Below are positions 1 to 9,279 of a stretch of 32,000 nt of DNA, piece by piece. Origin of the DNA: an uncultured archaeon. GTDB taxonomy: Archaea > Iainarchaeota > Iainarchaeia > Iainarchaeales > Iainarchaeaceae. The number at the start of each line of letters is the position of its first letter. Positions within the stretch are counted from its first letter, which is position 1. The stretch is taken from contig CAZNZM010000003.1 in the NCBI GenBank assembly GCA_964577555.1, forward strand, positions 42,037 through 74,036. The letters run 5' to 3'. A program made the position numbers and the translations under genes. The notes under the pieces were generated by a model. The model was given only the letters and a program-made list of their open reading frames with translations, was not told the DNA's origin and did not search any database.

Positions 1-99
1 AAAACCTTTTGTTAAAATTCCTTGATATTGTTGTAAGATTTTTTTTAGCTTAATTTGTTTTTTTTTGATTTTTAAGAATTTCAAGTTTGCTTTTTTGTT

Positions 100-423
100 T
101 TTTTTGTTAATTGTTTTTTTATTTGTTTTTTTTTGTTTGGTTTTTGCAAGCTGTTTTTTTATGGAATTTGTTTTTTTTTTAATTTTAAATTGTTTTGTCT
201 TTTTTTTTGTGGTTTGGTTTTTTTTTCAAGCTGTTTTTTTTTTATGGAATTTTGTTTTTTTTTGGCGAGCCGATTTTTTTTTGTTAATTGTTTTTTTTTA
301 TTTGTTTTTTTTTAATTTTTGTTGTTTTTTTTGGTGTTGGTGATTTTTTTTTTGTTATTTTTTTTTAATTTTTGTTGTTTTTTTTGTGGCTTGTTTTTTT
401 TGTTTTTTTAAATTCTATTTTTT
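100..423 (+). repeat. T-tract intergenic repeat block with GC-bearing islands
   Basis: Runs of 7-11 T separated by GCAAGCTG (146), TCAAGCTG (226), GGCGAGCCGA (264), GTGGCTTG (386); local duplications. Confidence 0.7.
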
Positions 424-936
424 TTAGGGTGTTATTCTTGTGACTTCGTAGTAGTTTATTTCGTTTTCCGAGTCTACAACTGCGTTTAAAAGTTTTGTTT
501 TTAGGTTTCCTGCCAATCTGACCATTCTGGATAGTTCTATGAAATTGTATTTGTCGTCTTGTGATGTTACGTTTATGCACCATTGTGAATGTGCTTCTCC
601 TGGTTTTTTTCCTCTTGGATATACTCTGAAATCAAATCCGAATTTGAATCCTGTTTTTACTACAAATCCTCTGTTTCTTAGGTCTTTGAATACTTGGTAT
701 TTTAGGTAAAAGTTTTTGATTTTTTTGTCCGCGTAATTCAAGTATTCTTCTTCATTCATTGTTTTTCCTGTTTTTCCGTTTGTTATGCTGAATTTTTCTT
801 TTTCAAGCAGGTATAGTCCTTCAAACAAGTCTAATATTAGTTCTTGTTCTTTGTTTTCGCCGAAGCCTCTTTGTCTTAATGCGTCTGCCAGTCTTTTGTC
901 TTTTGTGAGTATTTTGTCGTTTATGATTATTGCCAT
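424..936 (-). CDS. endA: tRNA-splicing endonuclease (EndA family)
   Basis: 170 aa with the C-terminal catalytic-domain pattern YLKYQVFKDLRNRGFVVKTGFKFGFDFRVYPRGKKPGEAHSQW...RMVRLAGNLKTKLLNAVVDSENEINYYEVTRI; candidate catalytic Tyr/His/Lys are all present. Confidence 0.9.
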   Translation of the reverse strand: MAIIINDKILTKDKRLADALRQRGFGENKEQELILDLFEGLYLLEKEKFSITNGKTGKTMNEEEYLNYADKKIKNFYLKYQVFKDLRNRGFVVKTGFKFGFDFRVYPRGKKPGEAHSQWCINVTSQDDKYNFIELSRMVRLAGNLKTKLLNAVVDSENEINYYEVTRITP

Positions 937-1135
937 AATAATTCTATTTTGGCAATTGGTTATTAATGATTGTTGTTTGTCATTTTGTTAAATTGGTGTT
1001 GTATGTGGTTTTGTTTTAAAAAATTTTGATTGTTTTTTTTGTTTTGTATTTGATTTTTAATTGGTTTGTTGTGAAACTTTTTTGGTTAAATATGTTTTTG
1101 AATTTAATATGTTTTAATATTTTGGGTGGTTTTTT

Positions 1136-2227
1136 TTGGAAAAGCCTTTGATTGATCCTTGGGGTTCTTTTGCAGTTAATGATTATACGCATGTTTTTCG
1201 TGAGTTTGGATTGACTCCTTTTTCTAGGGATTTTGCTGGGAATTTTGATTTTTTTCTTTTTGAGCGTGGCATTGTTGTTGCTCATAGGGATTTTGACAAG
1301 GTTTTGAAGAGGATTGAATCTAAGAAGCCTTTTATTAATATGACTGGCATTGCTTCTTCTGGGCCTTTTCATTTAGGGCATAAGGTGGATGTGGATTTGT
1401 TCAAGTTTTTCAAGTCGAAGGGTGGTAGGAATTATTTTGCTGTTTGTGACATTGATGCTTATGTGAGCAGGCCTGATGAGAAAATTCCTGATTTGAGGAC
1501 GGCTAAAAAGTTTGCTGTTCTTAATGTGGCTGATTTGCTTGCTTTGGGTTTGGAGAAGGAGGATATTTATGTTCAGTCAAGGCAAGGAAGCAGGTATTAT
1601 GAATTTGCTTTTGAGTTGAGTAAAAAGATAACTAAAAATACTTTTGAAGCTGTTTACGGGCATGTTGATTTGGGTAAGGTTTCTGCTAATTTGTTGCAGT
1701 ATTCTGATATTTTACATCCTCAATTGGTTGAGTTTGAGGGCCCGATGCCTTCTGTTACTGGCATTGGTTTGGATCAGGATCCGCATGCACGTTTGGTAAG
1801 GGATATTGTTAAGAGGTTGCCTTACAAAATGCAGGTTCCTTCTTTTATTTATTTTAAGCATCAGTCTGGTTTGCAGCCGGGACAAAAGATGTCTGCTTCA
1901 AAGCCTGAAACCGCTATTTTTTTGTCCGATTCGCCAAAGGATATTGAGAAAAAAATAAATAGGGCTTTTTCTGGTGGCCAGCCAACTGTTGAAGAGCATC
2001 GTGCAAAGGGTGGTAATATTGAAATTGACATGGTTTTTGAAATGTTGAAGTTTCATTATCCTGACACGAAAGAGCTTGAAAAGATTGGCATGGATTTTGC
2101 TTCGGGTAAAATGCTTGCATCTGAGTTGAAAAAATTTGCGGTTGATTTCTTTGTGCCTTTGCTTGTAGAGCACCAAAAAATGGCTAAGGGCAATATTGAA
2201 TTGGCTGAAAAATTGGTTTACGGGTGA
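1136..2227 (+). CDS. trpS: Tryptophanyl-tRNA synthetase (archaeal type)
   Basis: HIGH-like PFHLGHK, KMSAS loop, and GGQPTVEEHRAKGGNIEIDMVFEML region; probable TTG start with GGGTGG Shine-Dalgarno just upstream. Confidence 0.93.
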   Translation: MEKPLIDPWGSFAVNDYTHVFREFGLTPFSRDFAGNFDFFLFERGIVVAHRDFDKVLKRIESKKPFINMTGIASSGPFHLGHKVDVDLFKFFKSKGGRNYFAVCDIDAYVSRPDEKIPDLRTAKKFAVLNVADLLALGLEKEDIYVQSRQGSRYYEFAFELSKKITKNTFEAVYGHVDLGKVSANLLQYSDILHPQLVEFEGPMPSVTGIGLDQDPHARLVRDIVKRLPYKMQVPSFIYFKHQSGLQPGQKMSASKPETAIFLSDSPKDIEKKINRAFSGGQPTVEEHRAKGGNIEIDMVFEMLKFHYPDTKELEKIGMDFASGKMLASELKKFAVDFFVPLLVEHQKMAKGNIELAEKLVYG

Positions 2228-2234
2228 TTATTTT

Positions 2235-2798
2235 TCATATTTTTCCAACGAGTTTTATTTCAGGTTTTATTGTTTTTTTGCCTGGTTTCCAATTCATTGG
2301 GCATACTTCGCCTTTGTTTTCTCTTACGAATTTTGCTGCTTCTAATTTTCTTATTGTTTCTTCCACGCTTCTGCCTATGTTGTTGTCGTGGAATTCAAAT
2401 GTCTTTATTATGCCATCCGGGTCGATTATAAATGTTGCTCTGAGTGAAAGCCCTTCTTGTTCTATAAGAGTGCCGTAAGCGGTGCATACTCTTCTGGCTG
2501 GGTCTGCAAGCATTGGAAATTTTATTTTTTTGATTGTTGGGGATTCGTCGTGCCATGCTTTGTGTACGAATGCTGTGTCAACGCTGACGCTTATTATTTC
2601 TGCGCCGAGTTTTTTTATTTTGTCATAGTTTTCTGCAAGTTCTCCGAGTTCTGTTGGGCAAACAAATGTAAAGTCGGCAGGATAAAAAAACAATATTACC
2701 CATTTTTCTTTGTAGTTTGACAGGCTTATTTTTTTGAATTTGTCGTCAACGTATGCTTCTTCAGTGAATTCTGGTGCTTTTTGGTTTATTGATATCAT
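2235..2798 (-). CDS. Peroxiredoxin, AhpC/Prx1-type 2-Cys
   Basis: Peroxidatic FYPADFTFVCPTE motif and C-terminal resolving Cys in GEVCPMNWKPGKKTI. Confidence 0.93.
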   Translation of the reverse strand: MISINQKAPEFTEEAYVDDKFKKISLSNYKEKWVILFFYPADFTFVCPTELGELAENYDKIKKLGAEIISVSVDTAFVHKAWHDESPTIKKIKFPMLADPARRVCTAYGTLIEQEGLSLRATFIIDPDGIIKTFEFHDNNIGRSVEETIRKLEAAKFVRENKGEVCPMNWKPGKKTIKPEIKLVGKI

Positions 2799-2876
2799 GT
2801 TAAAATGGTTTTTAGCATCATTTTAAATTTTTTAGCTTTTGGCTTTTGTCAATATTTTTTTTGTTTGTAGTACTAT

Positions 2877-3656
2877 TTACAAAAATTTTTCTGTTATGCG
2901 CATTTGTTTTCTTTCAAGTCCTTTTATTTTTGCTTTTTCTTTTTCGCTTGGAGTAAGTTCAAAATCAAGTTTTGCGAATTCCAACCCGAGTTTTTCCAAT
3001 AGTTCTTTTGCGTTTTTTCTTATTGAAGGAGCAAGCAATATTCCGCGTGTTTTTATTCCTTTGAGTTTTTCAATTTCTTGCATGTATCTTTGGAGTTGTG
3101 TTACTGCTGAAAAGTCTGCTTGTCTTCTTTTGAGTTCTATTACAACAAAATTTCCATTTTTGTCTTGTGCAACTATGTCGCAAATTCCTTTTCTGAAGTG
3201 TTGTTGTTGGTTTATTGGTTTTAGGCCTGGTTCAACCATTGAAAGGTCTTCCATGAGTATTTTGTTCAAGTCTTTTTCTGAGCCGCTTAGTCTTAAATCG
3301 TCTGTTATTTCCATTTCGTGGTTCATGACTTGGTGTATTTTTTCGAACTCTATTCTGAGTAATTCTTTTGGTTTTGTTTTTGTTGCTTTTATGATTAGAG
3401 TGTTTTCGCCTAGGCTTGTTCCTATTTTCGTGTTTATCATGTAATTTGTGGGCCTTACTAGTCTGTTTTGGTGTATTGAGATTGAGCCGTCTCCTTTTAT
3501 TATCATTAACCTTTTTCCAATTGGCAATTTGGATGTTGCTCTTCCAATGTAATCTACTTTACATTCTCCTATTACCAGAACCATGTTTTTGTTGATTATT
3601 CCTTTGTCTATTTCCGATTTTATTTCTGTGAATTCATTCATGTTCTCTGCTCGCAT
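2877..3656 (-). CDS. nucS: Endonuclease NucS
   Basis: 259 aa; GICDIVAQDKNGNFVVIELKRRQADFSAVTQLQRYM nuclease core typical of archaeal NucS. Confidence 0.9.
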   Translation of the reverse strand: MRAENMNEFTEIKSEIDKGIINKNMVLVIGECKVDYIGRATSKLPIGKRLMIIKGDGSISIHQNRLVRPTNYMINTKIGTSLGENTLIIKATKTKPKELLRIEFEKIHQVMNHEMEITDDLRLSGSEKDLNKILMEDLSMVEPGLKPINQQQHFRKGICDIVAQDKNGNFVVIELKRRQADFSAVTQLQRYMQEIEKLKGIKTRGILLAPSIRKNAKELLEKLGLEFAKLDFELTPSEKEKAKIKGLERKQMRITEKFL

Positions 3657-3746
3657 TTAATTAATTTGTTTAAAGGTTTTATTATTTTTTTGGAAATTGT
3701 TTTGCCTGCAAACAATTAAATATCTCTTTTAAGTAAGAGATTTAGA

Positions 3747-4373
3747 ATGAGAACTATTGATGCGAAGTCTTATGCTAATTCGTTTTTGGTTTTTGCAATA
3801 TTATTTTTAATAGGCATTTATACAAATGAACTTGGTTTTTGGAAAAACGCTGCAAATGCTTCTTTGATGACTGCGGTTTCTTTGATTTCCATAGTGCTTT
3901 TTTTGGGTCCTTTGTCCAGGTTTTTTCCAAATTATTTTATGCATGACTTGGTTTATCGTAAACCCATTGGTATTGCTGGTTTTGTTTTTACTATTATATA
4001 TTCTTGCATTTTATTTGCATTGAATGAGTTTGATTTTTATAAGCTTTTTTCTGGATCAAATTTTCTTTCGTCTTCTTATCTTGCTCTTTCCTTGTTGACA
4101 ATGTTTGCTCTTTGGTTAATTTCAATGCCTAAGTCTATTCAAGAGTTAAGTTTTGCAAGGTGGAAGTCTTTGCAAGGTTGGGGTTATGTTGCTCATGCTT
4201 TTTTGTTGTTGCATTTTTGTTTTGTTGATGCTTATTTTTTTCCGAAAACAATTACTGGCAAATTAATCGTTTTTTTGTCTATTTTAGCCATGGTTTCAAA
4301 AATTGCAGTGGTTTTAATTAACTTGCCTAAAAAGCACTCTTTGATGGAGATTAGTCGTTTAAAGAGGCATTGA
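3747..4373 (+). CDS. Ferric-reductase-like transmembrane domain protein (MsrQ-like)
   Basis: Multi-TM protein with RKPIGIAGF and WKSLQGWGYVAHAFLLLHF segments resembling heme-binding ferric reductase-like proteins. Confidence 0.6.
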   Translation: MRTIDAKSYANSFLVFAILFLIGIYTNELGFWKNAANASLMTAVSLISIVLFLGPLSRFFPNYFMHDLVYRKPIGIAGFVFTIIYSCILFALNEFDFYKLFSGSNFLSSSYLALSLLTMFALWLISMPKSIQELSFARWKSLQGWGYVAHAFLLLHFCFVDAYFFPKTITGKLIVFLSILAMVSKIAVVLINLPKKHSLMEISRLKRH

Positions 4374-4379
4374 CAATCA

Positions 4380-4850
4380 GAACTTTATTTTTTTTATTTT
4401 TTTTAAGCTTTTTTTTAATTTGTTTTTTTTGTTGTTTGTTTTTGGCGGGCTGTTTTTTTTGTATTGGTTTTTGTTTTTATTTTGTCAGCAAATTTTTTGT
4501 TATTTTTTTGGATTCTTTTTTTGCGAGCCGAATTTTTTTTTGTTATTTATTTTTTTTGTCTTTGTTGGTTTGGTTTTTTTTGAGCCAATGTTGTTTTTTT
4601 AAATTTGCTTTTTTTTTGTTTTTTTGGTATTGCTAGCCATTTTTTTGTCATTGTTTTTTGTGAGCTATTTTTTGTTATTTTTTTTATTTAAATTGTTTTG
4701 TCTTTTTTTTGTGGCTTGTTTTTTTTGAATTATTTTTTTTGATTTTTGTTTTTTTTGCGAGCCATTTTTTTGTCAATTTTTTTGTAATTTTATTTTTTTC
4801 TTAATTCATTTTTTCTCTTTTTTTTCAAGACAAGTTTTTTTGTCTTTGGT
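4380..4850 (+). repeat. T-tract intergenic repeat block with GC-bearing islands
   Basis: GGCGGGCTG (4444), GCGAGCCGAA (4523), TGAGCCAATG (4581), TGCTAGCCAT (4631), TGAGCTAT (4661), GTGGCTTG (4711), GCGAGCCAT (4757), all embedded in T-runs. Confidence 0.75.
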
Positions 4851-4939
4851 GGTTAGAAAATTGACTTTTTTTTGTTTTTTTGGTTTTAATAAGTTGGTGT
4901 TCAAAAAGGTTTTAATTTGAAAGGCAGGCAATTTTTATT

Positions 4940-5950
4940 ATGGGTCATTTGGAAAAAGATTTTTCAAAAAAAGAAATTTTTGAAGAGGCTAAAAGGCTTA
5001 AGAGCAATATGTCTGCTTTGGATTATAGTTTAAACGAATGTCTTGTTTTTGCCCCTTTAACACTTAAAATAAATCGATTGAAAAAAGAGAAGAATGCAAT
5101 AATTCTTGCGCATAGTTATCAACGTCCTGAAATAGTTTTTGGCATAGCGGATTATTCTGGTGACAGTTATGGTTTAAGCGTTGAAGCATCAAAAACAAAG
5201 GCAGACATAATAGTTTTTTGTGGAGTGCATTTTATGGCTGAAACTGCTAAAATCATTAATCCTGGTAAAAAAGTTCTTGTTCCTTCTCTTGAAGCTGGTT
5301 GTTCTCTTGCTGAAAGCATTGCCGCAAAAGATGTCAGAGTACTCAAGGAAATGAATCAGGATGCAAAAGTTGTTTGTTATGTTAATACGTCTGCTGAAGT
5401 AAAAGCCGAATCTGATGCGTGCTGTACAAGTGCTAATGCTCTTAAAGTGGTTGAATCGATGCCTTCTGATAAAGTGATTTTTATTCCTGACAAGTTTATG
5501 GCTAAAAATTTGCAAAAGGTTTCAAAGAAGAAGATTATTAGTTGGGATGGTAAATGTGTTGTTCATGAGCAATTCAATTCTGAGCAAATAAGAGAATATA
5601 GGAGTGCCTATCCTGGTTTGGAGGTTTTGTCGCATTTGGAGTGCGACTCAAGTGTTATAGGGCTTTCCGATTTTTCTGGAGGAACCAATGATATGATAAA
5701 TTACATAAAGTCAAGTCGAGCTGATAAATTCATGGTTGTTACTGAATGCGGAATGTCTGATGTGTTGAGGCAAAAGTTTCCTGAAAAAACTTTTGTTACT
5801 CCTTGCAGCATTTGTCCTTATATGAAAAAAATAAATTTGGAGAATGTTTTGGCTTCTTTGGAGAATGAAGTTTTTGAAGTTGATGTTTCTCCTGAAATAA
5901 TTGGCAAGGCTAGTTTGGCTATTAAAAGAATGATTGAAATTGGAAAGTAA
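4940..5950 (+). CDS. nadA: Quinolinate synthase
   Basis: AIILAHSYQRPEI, GVHFMAETAKIINP, EAGCSLAE, HLECD, TECGMS, and PCSICPYMKKI; three conserved Fe-S ligand Cys regions present. Confidence 0.96.
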   Translation: MGHLEKDFSKKEIFEEAKRLKSNMSALDYSLNECLVFAPLTLKINRLKKEKNAIILAHSYQRPEIVFGIADYSGDSYGLSVEASKTKADIIVFCGVHFMAETAKIINPGKKVLVPSLEAGCSLAESIAAKDVRVLKEMNQDAKVVCYVNTSAEVKAESDACCTSANALKVVESMPSDKVIFIPDKFMAKNLQKVSKKKIISWDGKCVVHEQFNSEQIREYRSAYPGLEVLSHLECDSSVIGLSDFSGGTNDMINYIKSSRADKFMVVTECGMSDVLRQKFPEKTFVTPCSICPYMKKINLENVLASLENEVFEVDVSPEIIGKASLAIKRMIEIGK

Positions 5951-5959
5951 AAAATTGGT

Positions 5960-5987
5960 GTTCGGGCAAAACGCCCGAACAATTTTT
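5960..5987. terminator. Bidirectional intrinsic-type terminator hairpin
   Basis: GTTCGGGC-AAAAC-GCCCGAAC (perfect 8-bp stem, 5960-5980), AATTTTT on the + side and AAAAAATT (T-run for the - strand) on the other side, between convergent nadA and the 5986 ORF. Confidence 0.7.
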
Positions 5988-6384
5988 AATATGTGTTCGC
6001 CATTGTTCTTTTTCCAAATCCATTTCCTTGTTTTCTGCACATGCCTGGTTGTTGCCAATTGTATTTTGGTTGGTTTAAACCAAGTTTTGCTTTGAGTTCA
6101 AGTGCTTTTTCCATATCTCCTTTTTCAATTGCTTTGTGGAGTTCTGAAAATGTTTGAAAGTTTTTTTCATTTATGATTTGGAATATTCTTCCGTTGGTTG
6201 GTAAATTATTTTCTTGCCTGATTTTTTTCCACTCAGCGTAATTTCCATCTTCTATTGCTTTTTCAATTTTTTCATGTAGTTCTGGATTGTAATTTATTAT
6301 TGGTTTTATTTGGTATGCTGCTGCAAAACCAGCTACAAATAGGCTTGTGGCTATTATTGTCATTATTATTGCGATTTTTTTCAT
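5986..6384 (-). CDS. Small secreted/periplasmic hypothetical protein with signal peptide
   Basis: Start at internal Met (MKKIAIIMTIIATSLFVAGFAAAYQ) with CAAAGGAGGT Shine-Dalgarno; two related segments (ELHEKIEKAIEDGNYAEWKKI / ELHKAIEKGDMEKALELKAKLGL). Confidence 0.75.
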   Translation of the reverse strand: MKKIAIIMTIIATSLFVAGFAAAYQIKPIINYNPELHEKIEKAIEDGNYAEWKKIRQENNLPTNGRIFQIINEKNFQTFSELHKAIEKGDMEKALELKAKLGLNQPKYNWQQPGMCRKQGNGFGKRTMANTY

Positions 6385-6500
6385 TATAATACCTCCTTTG
6401 TTTGGTATTAGAGGTTTTAGATTTTGGTTTATAAATTGGTTTTCCGGATTTATACCCAAATCTAGCCTAAATTTATTATTTTTTTGTATTTTTTTTGTTT

Positions 6501-6917
6501 TCATTCTTTTAGGAGATATATTAGTATTATTGTGGCTATTAGCGTAAATATTGAAGGTATTATTGTGAAAGGACCTAGTCCAGCTCCTCTGAATCCAAAA
6601 ATTTGTGTTAATAATGGGTTGGCTGTTAAACTTTGTGCAAATAAAGCCGATGCCATTGCGATTAGCCCCAAACTAAAATTAGATTTTAATTCCGAATAAA
6701 TTGTTGCATAATTATATATTAAATATATTAAAAGGAAAGAGTTTATTGTTGAGATAATTGTTTTAAAAAAATTTAATTCTTCGTTGATCATCATGCTTTT
6801 TCTTTGTCCTGGCGTGTAATAATAGTTTATCATTGAAACCATTAGAATTGTTGCAATTATTACAAATGCTATGACTGTTAAAGTTATTGTCATGGGGTTT
6901 TTAGTCTTGTTTTTCAT
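6501..6917 (-). CDS. Small multi-TM membrane protein, possibly DUF7521-like
   Basis: About 138 aa from MKNKTKNPM; several hydrophobic helices; GAGGG upstream; overlaps the 3' end of the upstream HTH gene. Confidence 0.7.
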   Translation of the reverse strand: MKNKTKNPMTITLTVIAFVIIATILMVSMINYYYTPGQRKSMMINEELNFFKTIISTINSFLLIYLIYNYATIYSELKSNFSLGLIAMASALFAQSLTANPLLTQIFGFRGAGLGPFTIIPSIFTLIATIILIYLLKE

Positions 6918-7218
6918 GTTTTTTTCCCTCTTTATCATTTTGTTCGGTAATCATTTTTTTAAGTAATTCGGCGTTTTCTTTTAGTTTTTCCGAATAAAAA
7001 TAGATTTGTCCGTATTTATTTCCTATTTTTGTGATTAAACCGTTTTTTTCCATTAATTCTATGTGGTGTTGGGCTGTCTTGTAATTCATGCCTGTTCTTT
7101 TTGCTATTTCATTGAGGTTGGCTGGTTTTTTTTCTATTTCTTTTAAAATTGAAATTCTGCTTTTTCCTCCTTTTGAACCAGCAATCAGCCAATAAATTGT
7201 TTGTTGAAAGTAATCCAT
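6901..7218 (-). CDS. Winged helix-turn-helix transcriptional regulator (ArsR-like)
   Basis: RISILKEIEKKPANLNEIAKRTGMNYKTAQHHIELMEKNGLITKIGNKYGQIYFYSEK is a clear wHTH fold pattern. Confidence 0.88.
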   Translation of the reverse strand: MDYFQQTIYWLIAGSKGGKSRISILKEIEKKPANLNEIAKRTGMNYKTAQHHIELMEKNGLITKIGNKYGQIYFYSEKLKENAELLKKMITEQNDKEGKKHEKQD

Positions 7219-7282
7219 ACCTTAAATCTTGGTTTGAAATATAATAAAAATACTTTATTGGATTTGTATTTGTGGTGGGTTT

Positions 7283-7693
7283 ATGAAATCTTATACAAAG
7301 TATTTGAAGTTTAATACAAAAAATCGTGTTGATTTTGTTTTAATTACTAATGAAATACAAAAAGCTGTTTCAGAATCTGGTGTTTGTGAAGGTTTTGTTC
7401 TTGTAAATCCTATGCATGTTACTTCTGCGGTTATTGTAAATGATAATGAACGTGGTTTGCATGAGGATTTTAAACGGGTTTTTGAACGTCTTGTGCCTTA
7501 TAATGCGGTTTATGAGCATAATGTTGGGGAAGATAATGCGGCTTCGCATATTTGGAGGCAATTAATTGGGCATCAGGTTGTTTTGCCAATAACAAAAGGG
7601 AAGCTTGATTTTGGTACTTGGGAGCAGGTTTTTTATTGTGAATTTGATGGGCAGAGGGAAAAAAGAGTTTTGGTAAAAATAATAGGGGAGTAA
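7283..7693 (+). CDS. YjbQ/UPF0047 family protein
   Basis: HVTSAVIVNDNERGL ... EDNAASHIWRQLIGHQVVLPITKGKLDFGTWEQVFYCEFDGQREKRVLVKIIGE matches family signature. Confidence 0.9.
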   Translation: MKSYTKYLKFNTKNRVDFVLITNEIQKAVSESGVCEGFVLVNPMHVTSAVIVNDNERGLHEDFKRVFERLVPYNAVYEHNVGEDNAASHIWRQLIGHQVVLPITKGKLDFGTWEQVFYCEFDGQREKRVLVKIIGE

Positions 7694-7708
7694 AAAATTT
7701 GGGTGAAT

Positions 7709-9145
7709 TCAGTTTTCTATGTAGTGTGTTCCAATGCTTTCTTTTCTTTTTATTGCTGCTTCTATGGTGAGTTTGCAAACTTTTAGGGCTTTTTGTATTG
7801 CAATGCACTTGTTGGTTTCGTTTTTTTCCATTTTTTCTTCAAGCGCAGTTATTCTTGCAAGTCCTTCGTTAAGGTTTTGTTGTGTTCTTATTACGCCGCA
7901 GCATTTCCACATTATTTTTTTCATTGCTGAAAAGGCAATTTCTTGGTTTATGCCTTCTTTTGCTTTTTCTTGTTTTTTTGTTTTTGCAGTATTGTTTTTT
8001 CTTTTTTGTTTTGTTGCGTTTTGTGCTGCGATTTTACCCATTACTATGCCTTCTAAAAGTGAATTCGATGCAAGCCTGTTTGCTCCGTGGAATCCTGAAC
8101 ATGTGCATTCTCCTGCCCCGTAAATTCCTTTTATGTTTGTCATTCCGTTTTCATTGATTTTTATGCCGCCTATAGTGTAGTGTGCTGCTGTTTCTATTGG
8201 TATTAATTCTTTTTCAGGGTTTATTTTGTTTTTTATCAGTTCTTTGTATACTCTTGGAAATTTTTTTTGGAAGTCTGTTTGCATGTTTCTTGCGTCCAAA
8301 TATACTTTTTCTCCTTTGATCATTTCATAGTATATTGCTCTTGATACTTTGTCTCTTGTAAAGAGTGGATTGACTATTTGTTCTCCTTTGCCATTTACTA
8401 TTTTTCCGCCTTCTCCTCTTACTGCTTCGGTTATTAAAAAATTTGAGCCAAGTGCTTGTATGGTTGTTGGGTGGAATTGTATGAATTCCATTCCTGAAAT
8501 GTCGCATCCTGCGGAATATGCTATTCCAATGCCTGTGCCTATTGTTGTTTTTGGATTGGTTGTTTTTTCAAAACAGGCGGCGTAGCCTCCTGTTGCTATT
8601 ATTAGTGCATTTGAAGTGAATTCTTCTTCAATTGTTTTTATTCCGACGTAATTGTCTTTGTTTGTTTGTATTTCGTTTACAAATAATTGGTCAAGCATGT
8701 GAACGTTTGGTTGTTCTTTTGCTATTTTTCTGAGGAATTTCGTGATTTCTTTTCCTGTTTGGTCGCCGTTTTTGTGAAGAATTCTTCTTTTTGAGTGTCC
8801 TCCTTCAAGTCCAAGTTCTGGTTTTTTGTTTCCGCCGTCAAATTCAAAGCCGTAATTCATTATTTCTTTTATGCAATCAGGGCCTGATTTTGTTATTAAA
8901 TTGACTATTTTTTCGTCGCATAGCCCTGCTCCTGCTTCAATCGTGTCTTTTGCGTGTTCTTTCCATGAATCGTTTTTTCCTATTGTGCATGCTATGCCGC
9001 CTTGGGCGTGGTAGGAGTTTGAATATTTTTCATCGCCTTGGTCTATGAGTGCGATTGATTTTTTTTTGTTTTTTGACGCTTCTATTGTTGCAGACAAACC
9101 TGCTATTCCTGAGCCAATTATTATAATGTCAAATTTTTCTGTCAT
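7709..9145 (-). CDS. nadB: L-aspartate oxidase
   Basis: DIIIIGSGIAGLSATIEASKNKKKSIALIDQG, NSYHAQGGIACTIG, EFIQFHPTT, AAHYTIGGI, GAGECTCSGFHGANRLASNSLLEGIVMG. Confidence 0.95.
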   Translation of the reverse strand: MTEKFDIIIIGSGIAGLSATIEASKNKKKSIALIDQGDEKYSNSYHAQGGIACTIGKNDSWKEHAKDTIEAGAGLCDEKIVNLITKSGPDCIKEIMNYGFEFDGGNKKPELGLEGGHSKRRILHKNGDQTGKEITKFLRKIAKEQPNVHMLDQLFVNEIQTNKDNYVGIKTIEEEFTSNALIIATGGYAACFEKTTNPKTTIGTGIGIAYSAGCDISGMEFIQFHPTTIQALGSNFLITEAVRGEGGKIVNGKGEQIVNPLFTRDKVSRAIYYEMIKGEKVYLDARNMQTDFQKKFPRVYKELIKNKINPEKELIPIETAAHYTIGGIKINENGMTNIKGIYGAGECTCSGFHGANRLASNSLLEGIVMGKIAAQNATKQKRKNNTAKTKKQEKAKEGINQEIAFSAMKKIMWKCCGVIRTQQNLNEGLARITALEEKMEKNETNKCIAIQKALKVCKLTIEAAIKRKESIGTHYIEN

Positions 9146-9279
9146 TGTTAAACTAATTTTTGTAATGTTTAAAATTTATATGCTTAAAAATTTTATTGAT
9201 TTTATGAAATTATTGTGGATTATTTTGCTTTGCTATATGTTTAAATAGTTAGAGTAAGAGATTTTTAAAGGATGAAATT

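Noticed and set aside
65-343. 92-aa Phe-rich ORF (and 133..315)
   Set aside because: Pure by-product of T-tracts (TTT = Phe); no start context or domain; same artefact as 4370..4636 and 4420..4602.
100-400. CRISPR-like or tandem repeat array in the first T-rich block
   Set aside because: Repeats are degenerate, irregularly spaced (about 54, 80, 180 nt) and low-complexity; no regular repeat-spacer pattern and no cas genes nearby.
365-583. 72-aa Lys-rich ORF antisense/overlapping the 3' end of endA
   Set aside because: Overlaps a well-supported gene in another frame and derives partly from the T-tract block.
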